In this document: one piece after another, positions 37,092 to 46,128 of the stretch
Layout: the number at the start of each line of letters is the position of its first letter
Position numbering within the stretch: position 1 is the first letter of the stretch
NCBI GenBank assembly: GCA_021404905.1
Contig: QWHN01000001.1
Location: forward strand, 66,162 to 130,161
Length of the DNA: 64,000 bases
Reading direction: 5' to 3'
Origin: Candidatus Saccharibacteria bacterium CPR2
GTDB lineage: Bacteria; Patescibacteriota; Saccharimonadia; Saccharimonadales; QWHN01
Made by a program: the position numbers and the translations under genes
Notes under the pieces: model-generated
Seen by the model: only the letters and a program-made list of their open reading frames with translations
The model's database searches: none
Told to the model about the DNA's origin: nothing

Positions 37092-39170
37092 TCAAATACC
37101 TTTGTCTCTATAATCTCGAGACTTATCAAGACCAGATTTCGGTTTAATGACAACCCCCGGTTTTTCTTGATTGGAGCCTCCATGTAATCGTTGGAGCAGC
37201 TCATCCAGCTCATTGGTCTTTGGGTTGACCGTATTACCTTCACTCGTTTTACCAGGTTGAACCGATAGTTTGCCGGCAGGGCGTATTTTCACAAGAATAT
37301 ACCAACTGGCCACCGCCACAACCAATATTGTGAGTGTGACACCCGCTGTTATTATTAGACTGCCAGATTTTTCTGTTTCTGACGCCGGGATATTGAAAAC
37401 AAAACTTTGAGTTTCAACTAATGTGTTATTGTCAATATTTATATCATTTAACAGTCCAAGTTTATCTTCAATATTTATTTGCTGTGAGTGTTCAGCATCA
37501 CCAATTTTTACTTTTATAGTATGTAGACCTGGAGATACATTATTAAATATCGCCTGCCCCTGCTCGTCAGTCGTTGTTGCCCGAGGGTCAGAAAATAGTA
37601 TGGCTCGCGCTTTAGTAACCGGTTTTCCGTCGCTACCTTGAATTTTTACTGTAATTTTGTATCCTTTTGTGACAAGCTGCATAATATCGCTAACCGTTTC
37701 ATTGCCATTGGCATCGATAGCTTTAACTCGATAGTAGTAAGTTTGCCCGGGTTTTAACAATTTTGGATCAAGTTCCAGCGCATGCTCGGTTTTGATTTCA
37801 TTAGAGCTTACATTCATTCCCAGCGACTGTGTGGGGCCATACTCGATAACCGCAGCTGTTGGTTCATCCGTAGACCAACTGATTGTGACTTTGCGAAAGC
37901 TCACAAGTTCCGGATGCAAACTTTGAATTTTCGGGGCGCCGGATACTTTTGGCTCAACGTTCACGGGAGCCATGTTTGTCTCGCCTGTATTGCTCGATAC
38001 CGCCTCAAATATTTTTTCGAATGTATCGTCTGTAGATACTACTGTTTTTGTTTGATTAGTATTTTTATTTTCGTCACTGGTTGAGGGTGGAGGAGGTACA
38101 TTGCCCGACGCGGGCGCGGTAAATGTAACTTTTGAATTACCTAAATTCTTTAAGACATTTTCGTTGGTAGAACTGCTAAGTAATACTGAATCTTGTTCTA
38201 ACGTTAAATCAGAACTTCCCGAGTCGGAGAGAGCATAGAAAGTAACTTTTGCAACTGTTATATTACCCTCTAGAGTTTGGCCCATGCTTTTACCCATGTT
38301 AATAGTTAAAACTCCGTTCGATACGTCTTGATTCGCCGCGATATCAAAGCTACTACCAGCATTATTGGTAGATACATATTGCAATAAACTGGAATCATAT
38401 TTAACAACAGCTCTGACCGTATTAACTTTATTGCTACCAGAGTTGCCAACTATGGTAAAACTTATGTTCCCGCCTTTTTCTACAGATCCGCTTGTTGGTT
38501 CAATCGACAACGAACCATCTACAACTGTACCCGGACTTGGCTCGGGTTCTGGCTCTGGTTCAGGTTCAGGCGTCGGTTCTGGCTCCGGTTCTGGCGTAGG
38601 CTCAGGATTTGGAGTTTGCGATACAATATTAAAATCAAAAGAACCCTTTATACTTAAAACGTTTTGGTTGGTATCGCTGCTAAGAGCTACAGAGTCATCA
38701 GCTATGTTTACTTTTGCTACTCCACTTTCGCCAATAACTTTAAATGTAATATTAGCCATGAAAACATTACCCGTTTGCGCAGAAATAGAGCCTAGAGCGA
38801 TCCTGACGTCACCATTACCTCCAGACTCATGCGCCTTAATATCAAACGCGCTACCATTTGTATCTATAGATACAAATTCAAGTTTGCTGTTGTCATAAGT
38901 AAGATGAGCATCTACGGCATTAATGGATTCATCGCCAGTATCAAGATTAAGAGCTACGGTAGCGCTATCATTATTATTTACTGTGGGCGTAGAAGAACTA
39001 ACGTTTATTGCCGTATTTTCTCCCGCCCAGCTCTGCAATATGATATAGCCAATAACAGCTAGGGTAAGCATAAATATTGCTAGCAACGCCGCACTAAAGG
39101 TATTCTTAGGGTTTTGAGTGAACTTGGATTTTACAGACTTATCTTTTGACACCGGATGTTTTTTGATCAT
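37092..39170 (-). CDS. scaffoldin-like surface protein: signal anchor, 2 cohesin-like modules, PE/PT linker, FN3, Ig-like (CarboxypepD_reg-like) domain, C-terminal TM, cytoplasmic tail
   Basis: Cohesin-like ..AVDAHLTYDNSKLEFVSIDTNGSAFDI..ANITFKVIGESGVAKVNI, with a second copy ..VVKYDSSLLQYVSTNNAGSSFDI..AKVTFYALSDSGSSDL. Linker PNPEPTPEPEPEPTPEPEPEPEPEPSP. FN3 VTISWSTDEPTAAVIEYG. TM segment LIITAGVTLTILVVAVASWYILV. Confidence 0.75.
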   Translation of the reverse strand: MIKKHPVSKDKSVKSKFTQNPKNTFSAALLAIFMLTLAVIGYIILQSWAGENTAINVSSSTPTVNNNDSATVALNLDTGDESINAVDAHLTYDNSKLEFVSIDTNGSAFDIKAHESGGNGDVRIALGSISAQTGNVFMANITFKVIGESGVAKVNIADDSVALSSDTNQNVLSIKGSFDFNIVSQTPNPEPTPEPEPEPTPEPEPEPEPEPSPGTVVDGSLSIEPTSGSVEKGGNISFTIVGNSGSNKVNTVRAVVKYDSSLLQYVSTNNAGSSFDIAANQDVSNGVLTINMGKSMGQTLEGNITVAKVTFYALSDSGSSDLTLEQDSVLLSSSTNENVLKNLGNSKVTFTAPASGNVPPPPSTSDENKNTNQTKTVVSTDDTFEKIFEAVSSNTGETNMAPVNVEPKVSGAPKIQSLHPELVSFRKVTISWSTDEPTAAVIEYGPTQSLGMNVSSNEIKTEHALELDPKLLKPGQTYYYRVKAIDANGNETVSDIMQLVTKGYKITVKIQGSDGKPVTKARAILFSDPRATTTDEQGQAIFNNVSPGLHTIKVKIGDAEHSQQINIEDKLGLLNDINIDNNTLVETQSFVFNIPASETEKSGSLIITAGVTLTILVVAVASWYILVKIRPAGKLSVQPGKTSEGNTVNPKTNELDELLQRLHGGSNQEKPGVVIKPKSGLDKSRDYRDKGI

Positions 39171-39252
39171 TGATTAACACCAACCTTCAACATTGAATAT
39201 TCTTATGCTTAAGTATGAGGTACCATTGATTTATTTGTCAATGCGATATCTC

Positions 39253-39360
39253 CTAGGTCCAGTTACTAAGTAAGATAGATAAATCAAAGACATTCACGGT
39301 ACCATCATTATTTAAATCTGCCGATTCATTGCTGGATTGAAATTTCTGTGTAGTTCTATG
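39253..39360 (-). pseudogene. orphan dockerin half-repeat remnant (no start codon)
   Basis: Own translation gives ..KNHRTTQKFQSSNESADLNNDGTVNVFDLSILLSNWT*. It matches the second Ca-binding repeat of the two dockerins in this window. An in-frame TAA lies upstream and there is no ATG. Confidence 0.55.
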
Positions 39361-39379
39361 ATTTTTTTATTCATTTTAC

Positions 39380-40015
39380 TTAAGACCCCCATCTTGAAAG
39401 TAATGTGCTTAGATCAAAAATGTTGACTACCCCATCACCGTTAAGATCTGCTCGTTCATTATTGGATTGAGCTTGCCAACGCGATAACAATATAGAAAGA
39501 TCAAAAATATCTACTTTATTATCAGCGTTTATATCACCCAGCTTGGTGGGTTGCGGAGTTGATATAACACAATTATCTCCAAAATTCTCAGGGATACAAC
39601 TAGAATCTGAGGTTAAGATTAGCTTATCCAGTTTAACTCCGTTTTCATGGCCAATAATTTTAATTGAGTGGTTACCTTTTGCTAAATTAATGCGCGCCTT
39701 TTGAGAATTATTTCCGTTAGTGTAATCGACCCACGTCCAATTCGAGGAAGATATCGCCGTACTATCCCCCGCGAGCAAACATTGTTGGCCATCAATATCC
39801 ACATAAAGTCCATTATTATTACCCGAAGCCTGCATCCTAAGCCATATAATATAAGTAGCAGACGTCTCTATGCTCACATTATAACTAGCTTCACCTCCCT
39901 TTGCCGTACAAGCAGCGGCAGATACTGGCTTACCAGACAAAGTTAAAGTTAGTAATAATGTAAGACCCGTGCTAATAAAAATGTCAAATACAATTTTATT
40001 ATTCCCAAGTGTCAT
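39380..40015 (-). CDS. secreted CBM-like (CBM6/35-like jelly-roll) protein with C-terminal type-I-like dockerin
   Basis: Starts at ATG 40015 (MTLGNNKIVFDIFISTGLTLLLTLTL..), overlapping the upstream stop by 17 nt. Dockerin GDINADNKVDIFDLSILLSRW..ADLNGDGVVNIFDLSTLLSRWGS. Confidence 0.7.
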   Translation of the reverse strand: MTLGNNKIVFDIFISTGLTLLLTLTLSGKPVSAAACTAKGGEASYNVSIETSATYIIWLRMQASGNNNGLYVDIDGQQCLLAGDSTAISSSNWTWVDYTNGNNSQKARINLAKGNHSIKIIGHENGVKLDKLILTSDSSCIPENFGDNCVISTPQPTKLGDINADNKVDIFDLSILLSRWQAQSNNERADLNGDGVVNIFDLSTLLSRWGS

Positions 40016-41507
40016 CACTTTGCTCCTCAGGCTTATTTGGTTCAATAACATTTCCTGGCTTGTTAATCCTATCTCCCGGCAAACGTTCCAAAAGTGAATC
40101 CAGATCATCATCATTTTTTTGACTTGCCGCGTTGCTGGGAGGGTTGTCTATTATGGTTGGCTGAACGTCTTTTATGTTATTTTTTCTTTTTAACCTAAAG
40201 CTTGGCAGGCGCAAGCCTCCATTTTTATACTTTTTCCATACTAATAAACCACCACCACTTGCTATTACTAGAACCCCAATTACTAACAGTGCCAGTTGCA
40301 ATAAATTTGATTTCTTATTTTCAATTTCAATCCTAAAGTATTGAGGAGTAACATAGGCGTCGTCGGCAACATCTTGCCCTGTTTCTATACCAAGCGAATC
40401 CTCAATAAAAATAGTCTGGGTTATTTCGCTCCCATTTACTGACAGTGAAATTACGTGATCGCCAGGCGCCAAATCGTTGAAGGTAGCTTGAGCTTCATTG
40501 TTAAGTTGTGTTTTGCGTTCATTATCACTTCCCTTGTCAATTATTATTTCCGAACCGTTTAAGTTGTTTTTGTCTTTGCCAATAACTGCAATGATCGCCG
40601 TGTAGCCTCTTGTATACAAGTATCTGATACCGCTCGATGTTGTTGCGCCCTCCTGATTCACACTTTTGGCACGATAGTAATATTTTTGGCCTGATTTTGT
40701 CAGGGCCTTCTCAAAACTTAGTTCATGGTTTGTGCTTAATTCTCTAGCGGATACATTAAAACCAAGTTGTTTAGTGAGCCCATATTCAACGACTGAAGTT
40801 GCTTGGACATTAGTTCTCCAAGATATAGTTACATTTTTAAAGCTGACTTTTTTGGGAAACAAATCCAGCAGTTTAGGTGCTGTTGGGTCAGAAGGTACTA
40901 CCGTTATAGGTGTAAATGGCTCGGTACTAATTAATTCATCGGGATTATTGTTTGAACCTTGCTGCGTGTTTTGATTATTATTGCTATTGTCATTTCTCCC
41001 TAGATTAATCGATGTGCCGCTTTTAGCCCCTACTTCGAGCGTTTTGCCTTCGCTAACGGCTATTGATGGGTCGGTAAACTCGATATTGGTATTTACAGGG
41101 CCACTGCCGCTTTTTGCCTTAAAGGTTATTTTAGCAATCACTGCATCTCCCTTAACGAAAGGAGGCAACGAGCCTCTGGTAATTTGCACGCTTCCCGACC
41201 CTCCGGTTTCACGCACACCCACACCAAAGGCACTACTGGAACTATCTACTGAAACAAATTCAAGAAATGATTCGTCATACGTAAGTTTAATATCTACAGA
41301 ATCAACATCTTTGCTGTCACTATTTATTTTAGCTGTCAGTGTAACATTTTCGCCTTGCGCTACAGTTACTGAGCTTGGATCAAGATAGAAATTTACCCCT
41401 GCCGCGGCAATGCTCGATTTAGTTATTAACAAAACGGATAACAAACACAGTGCTATGCTAAGCAAAATTATTTTTATTTTTGCACCACTGTTCATAACCA
41501 ATAGCAT
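39999..41507 (-). CDS. scaffoldin-like surface protein paralog: signal, 1 cohesin-like module, FN3, Ig-like domain, C-terminal TM, cytoplasmic tail
   Basis: ..SVDIKLTYDESFLEFVSVDSSSSAFGV..AKITFKAKSGSGPVNTNI, VTISWRTNVQATSVVEYG, and TM segment LALLVIGVLVIASGGGLLVW. Domain order matches 37092..39170. Confidence 0.75.
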   Translation of the reverse strand: MLLVMNSGAKIKIILLSIALCLLSVLLITKSSIAAAGVNFYLDPSSVTVAQGENVTLTAKINSDSKDVDSVDIKLTYDESFLEFVSVDSSSSAFGVGVRETGGSGSVQITRGSLPPFVKGDAVIAKITFKAKSGSGPVNTNIEFTDPSIAVSEGKTLEVGAKSGTSINLGRNDNSNNNQNTQQGSNNNPDELISTEPFTPITVVPSDPTAPKLLDLFPKKVSFKNVTISWRTNVQATSVVEYGLTKQLGFNVSARELSTNHELSFEKALTKSGQKYYYRAKSVNQEGATTSSGIRYLYTRGYTAIIAVIGKDKNNLNGSEIIIDKGSDNERKTQLNNEAQATFNDLAPGDHVISLSVNGSEITQTIFIEDSLGIETGQDVADDAYVTPQYFRIEIENKKSNLLQLALLVIGVLVIASGGGLLVWKKYKNGGLRLPSFRLKRKNNIKDVQPTIIDNPPSNAASQKNDDDLDSLLERLPGDRINKPGNVIEPNKPEEQSDDTWE

Positions 41508-41601
41508 TATAGCATTATTGCATTAACTAGATATTCACAATCATCATCATAAGTTCCATTGTTATATTTCTTGGCATGAAATGGGTTTACAATAACTGTG
41601 G

Positions 41602-43053
41602 ATGAAAGACGAAATTCAAAAAGCATGGTTACAGTTAAAAGCTGTGGGAAAATTATCAAACATTATTAGAAACCACGGCTATGATGCATACATAATTGGC
41701 GGCGCCGTGCGTGATATATTACTCGGACATTTACCAAAAGATTTTGACATCGTAACTAATGCCAAGCCAGAAGAAATTGAAAAATTGCCGGGGCTTAAAA
41801 AATCAAAATTTAAAGATACGGCTCAAGCTTTTGGCGTAACCAGAGTAGTGCTGGAGATGTCGGATAACGGCACTTCACAAGACGTTGATATTGAGGTGTC
41901 GACATATAGAAAAGATGTTGAATCACACTTAGGACGCCAGTTAACAAAAGTTGAATTTTCTACTTTAGAGGACGATGTAGGGCGACGCGACTTAACAATC
42001 AACGCATTAGCCCTAGATCCAAATACAAATCAACTTATAGATTTGGTTGATGGAGTTAAGGATTTGGGAACCAAAACTATAAGATTTATAGGCGACCCTT
42101 TAAGCAGAATTCAAGAGGACCCTTTGCGCATTCTAAGAGCAATCCGCTTAAAAAATCAACTCGGGTTTCATTATGACAACCAAACAGAGTCAGATATCCA
42201 TAGAGCTGTAAAACAGGGTTTTGTAAAACAAATAGTAAGCGATCGGATTCAAACAGAATTAACGAGAATGTTGGTGCATCGCAATAGAATCTCAGCAATT
42301 TCGGATCTGGATTATTTTGGCATTATTAATGAAATAGTTCCAGAGTTACTTAATATGAAAGGTGTTCCCCAACCAAGTGAGTTTCATATGGAAGGAGACG
42401 TTTGGGAACATACTTTACTTGCTTTGCAACACTTGCCGGGCAAAGTAAGCTCCAGGCTGGTCTGGGCAGTATTGTTGCACGACATTGGAAAACCGGAAAC
42501 AATTGAAACTTCAGAAAAAACCGGAGATAGAATCCGGTTCAATAAGCACTATCTGGTTGGCGCGAAAATCGCGGAGCAAATACTAAAGAGACTGCATTTT
42601 AGCAACAAATTTATTAATGATGTGTACTGGATGATTGACAATCACATGGGCATAGATATGCTGCCAAGAATGAAACCATCGAAACAAAAGGCTTTTCTGT
42701 CTCACGGTGCTTTCTTAGACCTGTTTGAACTTCACAAAGCCGATGCGTACGCAGCCTGGAATAAACACAAAGATGGAACAATCGAAGTAGCCGAGCCAGA
42801 ATTTAATGAACTGGATGAATTATGGAAAAATTATTCGCAAAAAAACCATCGCGCGTCTTTGGATCTAAAAAATGATTTAGGCATTGATGGAGACTGGATA
42901 ATGCGACACTTCGGCATAAAGCCCGGTAAAAAATTGGGTGAAATTTTAAGTAAAGCAAATGACGCGTATATTGATGGAGATGTTGTAGACGAAAAAGAAT
43001 GCGAAGAATTTGTTGAAAAATTGCTAACCGTTCCAGTTACTAAGCATGATTGA
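41602..43053 (+). CDS. cca: CCA-adding tRNA nucleotidyltransferase with HD domain
   Basis: GGAVRDILLG..DFDIVT, RRDLTINALA and a C-terminal HD (LLHDIGK) region. Confidence 0.85.
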   Translation: MKDEIQKAWLQLKAVGKLSNIIRNHGYDAYIIGGAVRDILLGHLPKDFDIVTNAKPEEIEKLPGLKKSKFKDTAQAFGVTRVVLEMSDNGTSQDVDIEVSTYRKDVESHLGRQLTKVEFSTLEDDVGRRDLTINALALDPNTNQLIDLVDGVKDLGTKTIRFIGDPLSRIQEDPLRILRAIRLKNQLGFHYDNQTESDIHRAVKQGFVKQIVSDRIQTELTRMLVHRNRISAISDLDYFGIINEIVPELLNMKGVPQPSEFHMEGDVWEHTLLALQHLPGKVSSRLVWAVLLHDIGKPETIETSEKTGDRIRFNKHYLVGAKIAEQILKRLHFSNKFINDVYWMIDNHMGIDMLPRMKPSKQKAFLSHGAFLDLFELHKADAYAAWNKHKDGTIEVAEPEFNELDELWKNYSQKNHRASLDLKNDLGIDGDWIMRHFGIKPGKKLGEILSKANDAYIDGDVVDEKECEEFVEKLLTVPVTKHD

Positions 43054-45555
43054 AAGATCGAATACGTTGACTGTACCGTCTTTATTTATGTCCGAAGTAG
43101 TATCACTGGAGTTCCACTTTGAAAGCAGTATGGATAGATCAAAAATATCTACTTTCTCATCGCTATTCAGGTCTCCAGAGATAGACGCCGGTGTATTGTC
43201 GATGGTTACGACGATGAAAGCACTAACCCGCATATTACCAGCAGCGTCATACGCTCGAGCTGTTAGATTGTAATTGCCATTCTCGATTGTTGCTGAATTC
43301 CAAGTTGTAAAGTAGGGTGACCGGCTAACTTCCGCCACCTTGACATTACCAAGCCAGAATTCAACGAGAACTACACCTACATTATCACTAGCTTCGGCAA
43401 TCAAATCGGTTTGACCAAATATAGTTTCTCCTGATGATGGCGAGACTATGCTTACGCTCGGCTTGGCTGTATCTGGTAGCGGCGGTGATACTACTGGCAT
43501 TGAAACAATTGGTCCCGCGTCGCCGGACGCAGTTTTCACTCCTTGTTGGTCTACATATCTAGCCCTGACTCTGAAATCATAAGATTGGTTATTGGTGAGA
43601 CCATCTACAACCAACGACTTATTCGTGGTTGGGGTAGACCACATCCAACTATCACTGGTTTGGGACCTGTAACTTACCATGTATTCAACGGGTAGCGTGT
43701 TCCGACTATCGTTCCAGGTAAGCGAAACCTGCCCATCGCCCGGAGTAGCACTAAAATCCGAAGGCGCATATATTGTCGGAGCGGGGGCGGATCCGTCTGT
43801 CCTTCCTACATGAACCCCGTTTCCATTTAGAGCCGTGTACAAATAATTATCCGAGGAACTCGCAAGTCCGAACGGAAAAGCATCTCCCCCCCTATAATAG
43901 TCATCAGCAACATCAGTAGCGGTTGTCGCTGCCGGTAGATCAACTTTATACATTCTAGCGCTTAACGCTGATGTCCCCAGACCACATGCATACAGAGCGT
44001 CATTTGTAAGTGTTATCGGACCCGGGTTTAAGGCTCCGGTAATTTTTGTTGGGCTAAGGTTGGATGCTGTATGCGCATTGTCGACTTTGTATAATCCATT
44101 TTGACTGGAAATAAACAATCTACCAACGGTATTTGGGTCGGCAATTACGTATCCAGTCATCTCATTCATGCTACTTTGGCTCCATATTCTAACCCAAGAA
44201 GCTCCGTAGTCATTTGATCGATATACACCCTTGGCAGGATCAAATGCATAAACGTATTGAGACCCTGGTACCCACGAGAATCTTCCAGTTTTCGCGACTC
44301 TAGCAGTATTGAATGCGTCACCACTGGCTTTTTGCCATGCACCATTACCAACTTTACGCCAAATTCCTGCACCGCTTAGTGCTCCGTTTTGATCCTGAGA
44401 GTCATAAGCGACAGCTGCTAATATTACACGATTATTAGACGCTTCTTGACCAACAGCCACTCCAACTGCTCTATTGCCATTAGTGCTAGCCAAACTCAAA
44501 CCTTCATCCACCCATGAGCCTCCACTGGTTGGGTTCTGGATAGATAAAACCTCTCCGCTTTGATTCTTATCCCTATGACCACCAGCTAAATAAACAGTAG
44601 ATGGATTCGTGGAAGCATCAACAGCTATATCATATCCAGTATTAAATACGCCAGGATTTTTAATATCAACGTTTTGCATATTATCCGTCGAATATAAGAA
44701 AACCCAGTCAGTATTTGCTACGAACACAGCCCCGGGATTGTTTGGATCGGTCGCGATTGCCCTGTTTATCGTCACCCCAAGCCCTTGAACAGTCGGATAC
44801 CAATTCACCCCACCATCCGTTGACCTCCATACTCCAGATCTGCCCGCAACATAGATATTATTACTATCGTTAGGATCAATTGCGATCTGGGCAGCAACAA
44901 AATAATTGCCCCCTACCATCACGCCTCTATTGTGCTCTGAAAGCAACCAAGTTGAATTAGTCCCAGCAACCTCATAATGGATATTACTTCTATTGGAAGT
45001 CAGGGACTGCCAACTACTCCCACCATTAGTTGATTTCATGAGATTGATCCCATCGCCATTCATCTCCGGTTCGAACACTGCACCGATTATTAGCACATGA
45101 TTTTGCCCATTCGCGTATCCGTCGATCGATTCCCATCTTGCCACGGTGGTATTCACTCCACTATTTATCGCCTGCCAACTACTCCCACCATTAGTTGATT
45201 TAAAAATTCCCGCCCGCCCAGCGACAATATAAACAGTGCTATCAATAATCTTTATTTCCTCGACTATAGATGGAGCACTAGAAAGCTTACTAAACGAACC
45301 TTGGCCTCTAGCATTTGTTGTCTTCCATATGCCATCGTTATATGTCCCGACATAAAGCACATCTGGATTAGCCGGATCCATCGCGATTGATCTTAAATAC
45401 TTGCCCTTAATACTTGGGTCGAGATACGTCCACGTTGCTCCACCATTGGTCGATTTCATCACCCCATCATAAAAAGTCGCGACATAAATGATATTATTTG
45501 TTTCATCTAAGGCGATTAAGTTGCCTGTGGATCTGGGATGCTCACTGTTACTCAC
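43024..45555 (-). pseudogene. C-terminal fragment of an interrupted BNR/Asp-box (Sortilin-Vps10/GH74-like) beta-propeller + FN3 + Ig-like + dockerin surface protein
   Basis: No signal peptide. It begins at a GTG inside a repeat unit. Asp-boxes STNGGATW, STNGGSSW (x2), STDGGVNW and SNDYGASW. Dockerin GDLNSDEKVDIFDLSILLSKW..SDINKDGTVNVFDLSIMLSNWNG. The matching N-terminal fragment is at 55943..56494. Confidence 0.7.
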
Positions 45556-45613
45556 GACATTATTATTGCCTCCCTATTGTAATGCGAGTCAGAACTGCAA
45601 TTATAGGTGAAGG

Positions 45614-46120
45614 TTAATTCTGTTCCTCGGGATATGTACTCATTATGGCGAAAATATCGGAAATTAACCTTAATGGAGTATTACTGATGGTGTGTAGTGA
45701 ATAACCTTGAATTCGCTTAATGTCTGCCTTTGTTATTACGCCTGGACTACTATAGATAATTAAAGGTATCTGCTTAGACTTAAGGGTATCGAAAAGTTTA
45801 CCAAATGAATCTCCTGTTGGCTCGTATGCTAAAACTATCAATCTATACTCATTATCAATCAGGTCTGCACTTCTAGAGTCTGCTGCCTTTAAGTCGACAT
45901 CAAAGAAGCCAGTATTCCTAATTAGGAGTGTTTCGTGAGCCATATCAGTACTTGCTGAAGGTACAATCGCTACTGGTCTTTTAATGTTCTTGAACAGTCG
46001 TTTTTCCTTCTTGCGGAAAAACTTTAGATAAACAAAGAAACCAACCAGCCACACTATGACTGGCCACACAAAAACAAGTAGTGTTATTAAATCTGCTGAT
46101 GTTCCAAGGTCTACTGACAT
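45614..46120 (-). CDS. small membrane protein: N-terminal TM segment + ~120-aa alpha/beta domain of unknown family (candidate effector)
   Basis: ATG 46120 (MSVDLGTSADLITLLVFVWPVIVWLVGFFVYLKFF..) with TAGGAG 6 nt upstream. It lies 8 nt after the NTase stop and is the last gene of the operon. Confidence 0.6.
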   Translation of the reverse strand: MSVDLGTSADLITLLVFVWPVIVWLVGFFVYLKFFRKKEKRLFKNIKRPVAIVPSASTDMAHETLLIRNTGFFDVDLKAADSRSADLIDNEYRLIVLAYEPTGDSFGKLFDTLKSKQIPLIIYSSPGVITKADIKRIQGYSLHTISNTPLRLISDIFAIMSTYPEEQN

Positions 46121-46128
46121 AAATACTC

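Noticed and set aside
36725-37243. N-terminal extensions of track ORFs 36725..37243, 39380..40114, 46129..46935, 45614..46168 and 34664..35269.
   Set aside because: The extensions overlap the preceding gene by 30-150 nt and lack SDs. Internal starts (37090, 40015, 46890, 46120, 35236) sit at or next to the upstream stop, with SDs or coupling overlaps, and they begin at the signal or domain start.
38520-38610. Short tandem GGCTCnGGTTCnGG periodic repeat that might look like a noncoding or CRISPR-like array.
   Set aside because: It lies inside the 692-aa ORF and encodes the (PE/PT)n interdomain linker on the minus strand. There is no repeat-spacer organisation, and no CRISPR array was seen anywhere in the window.
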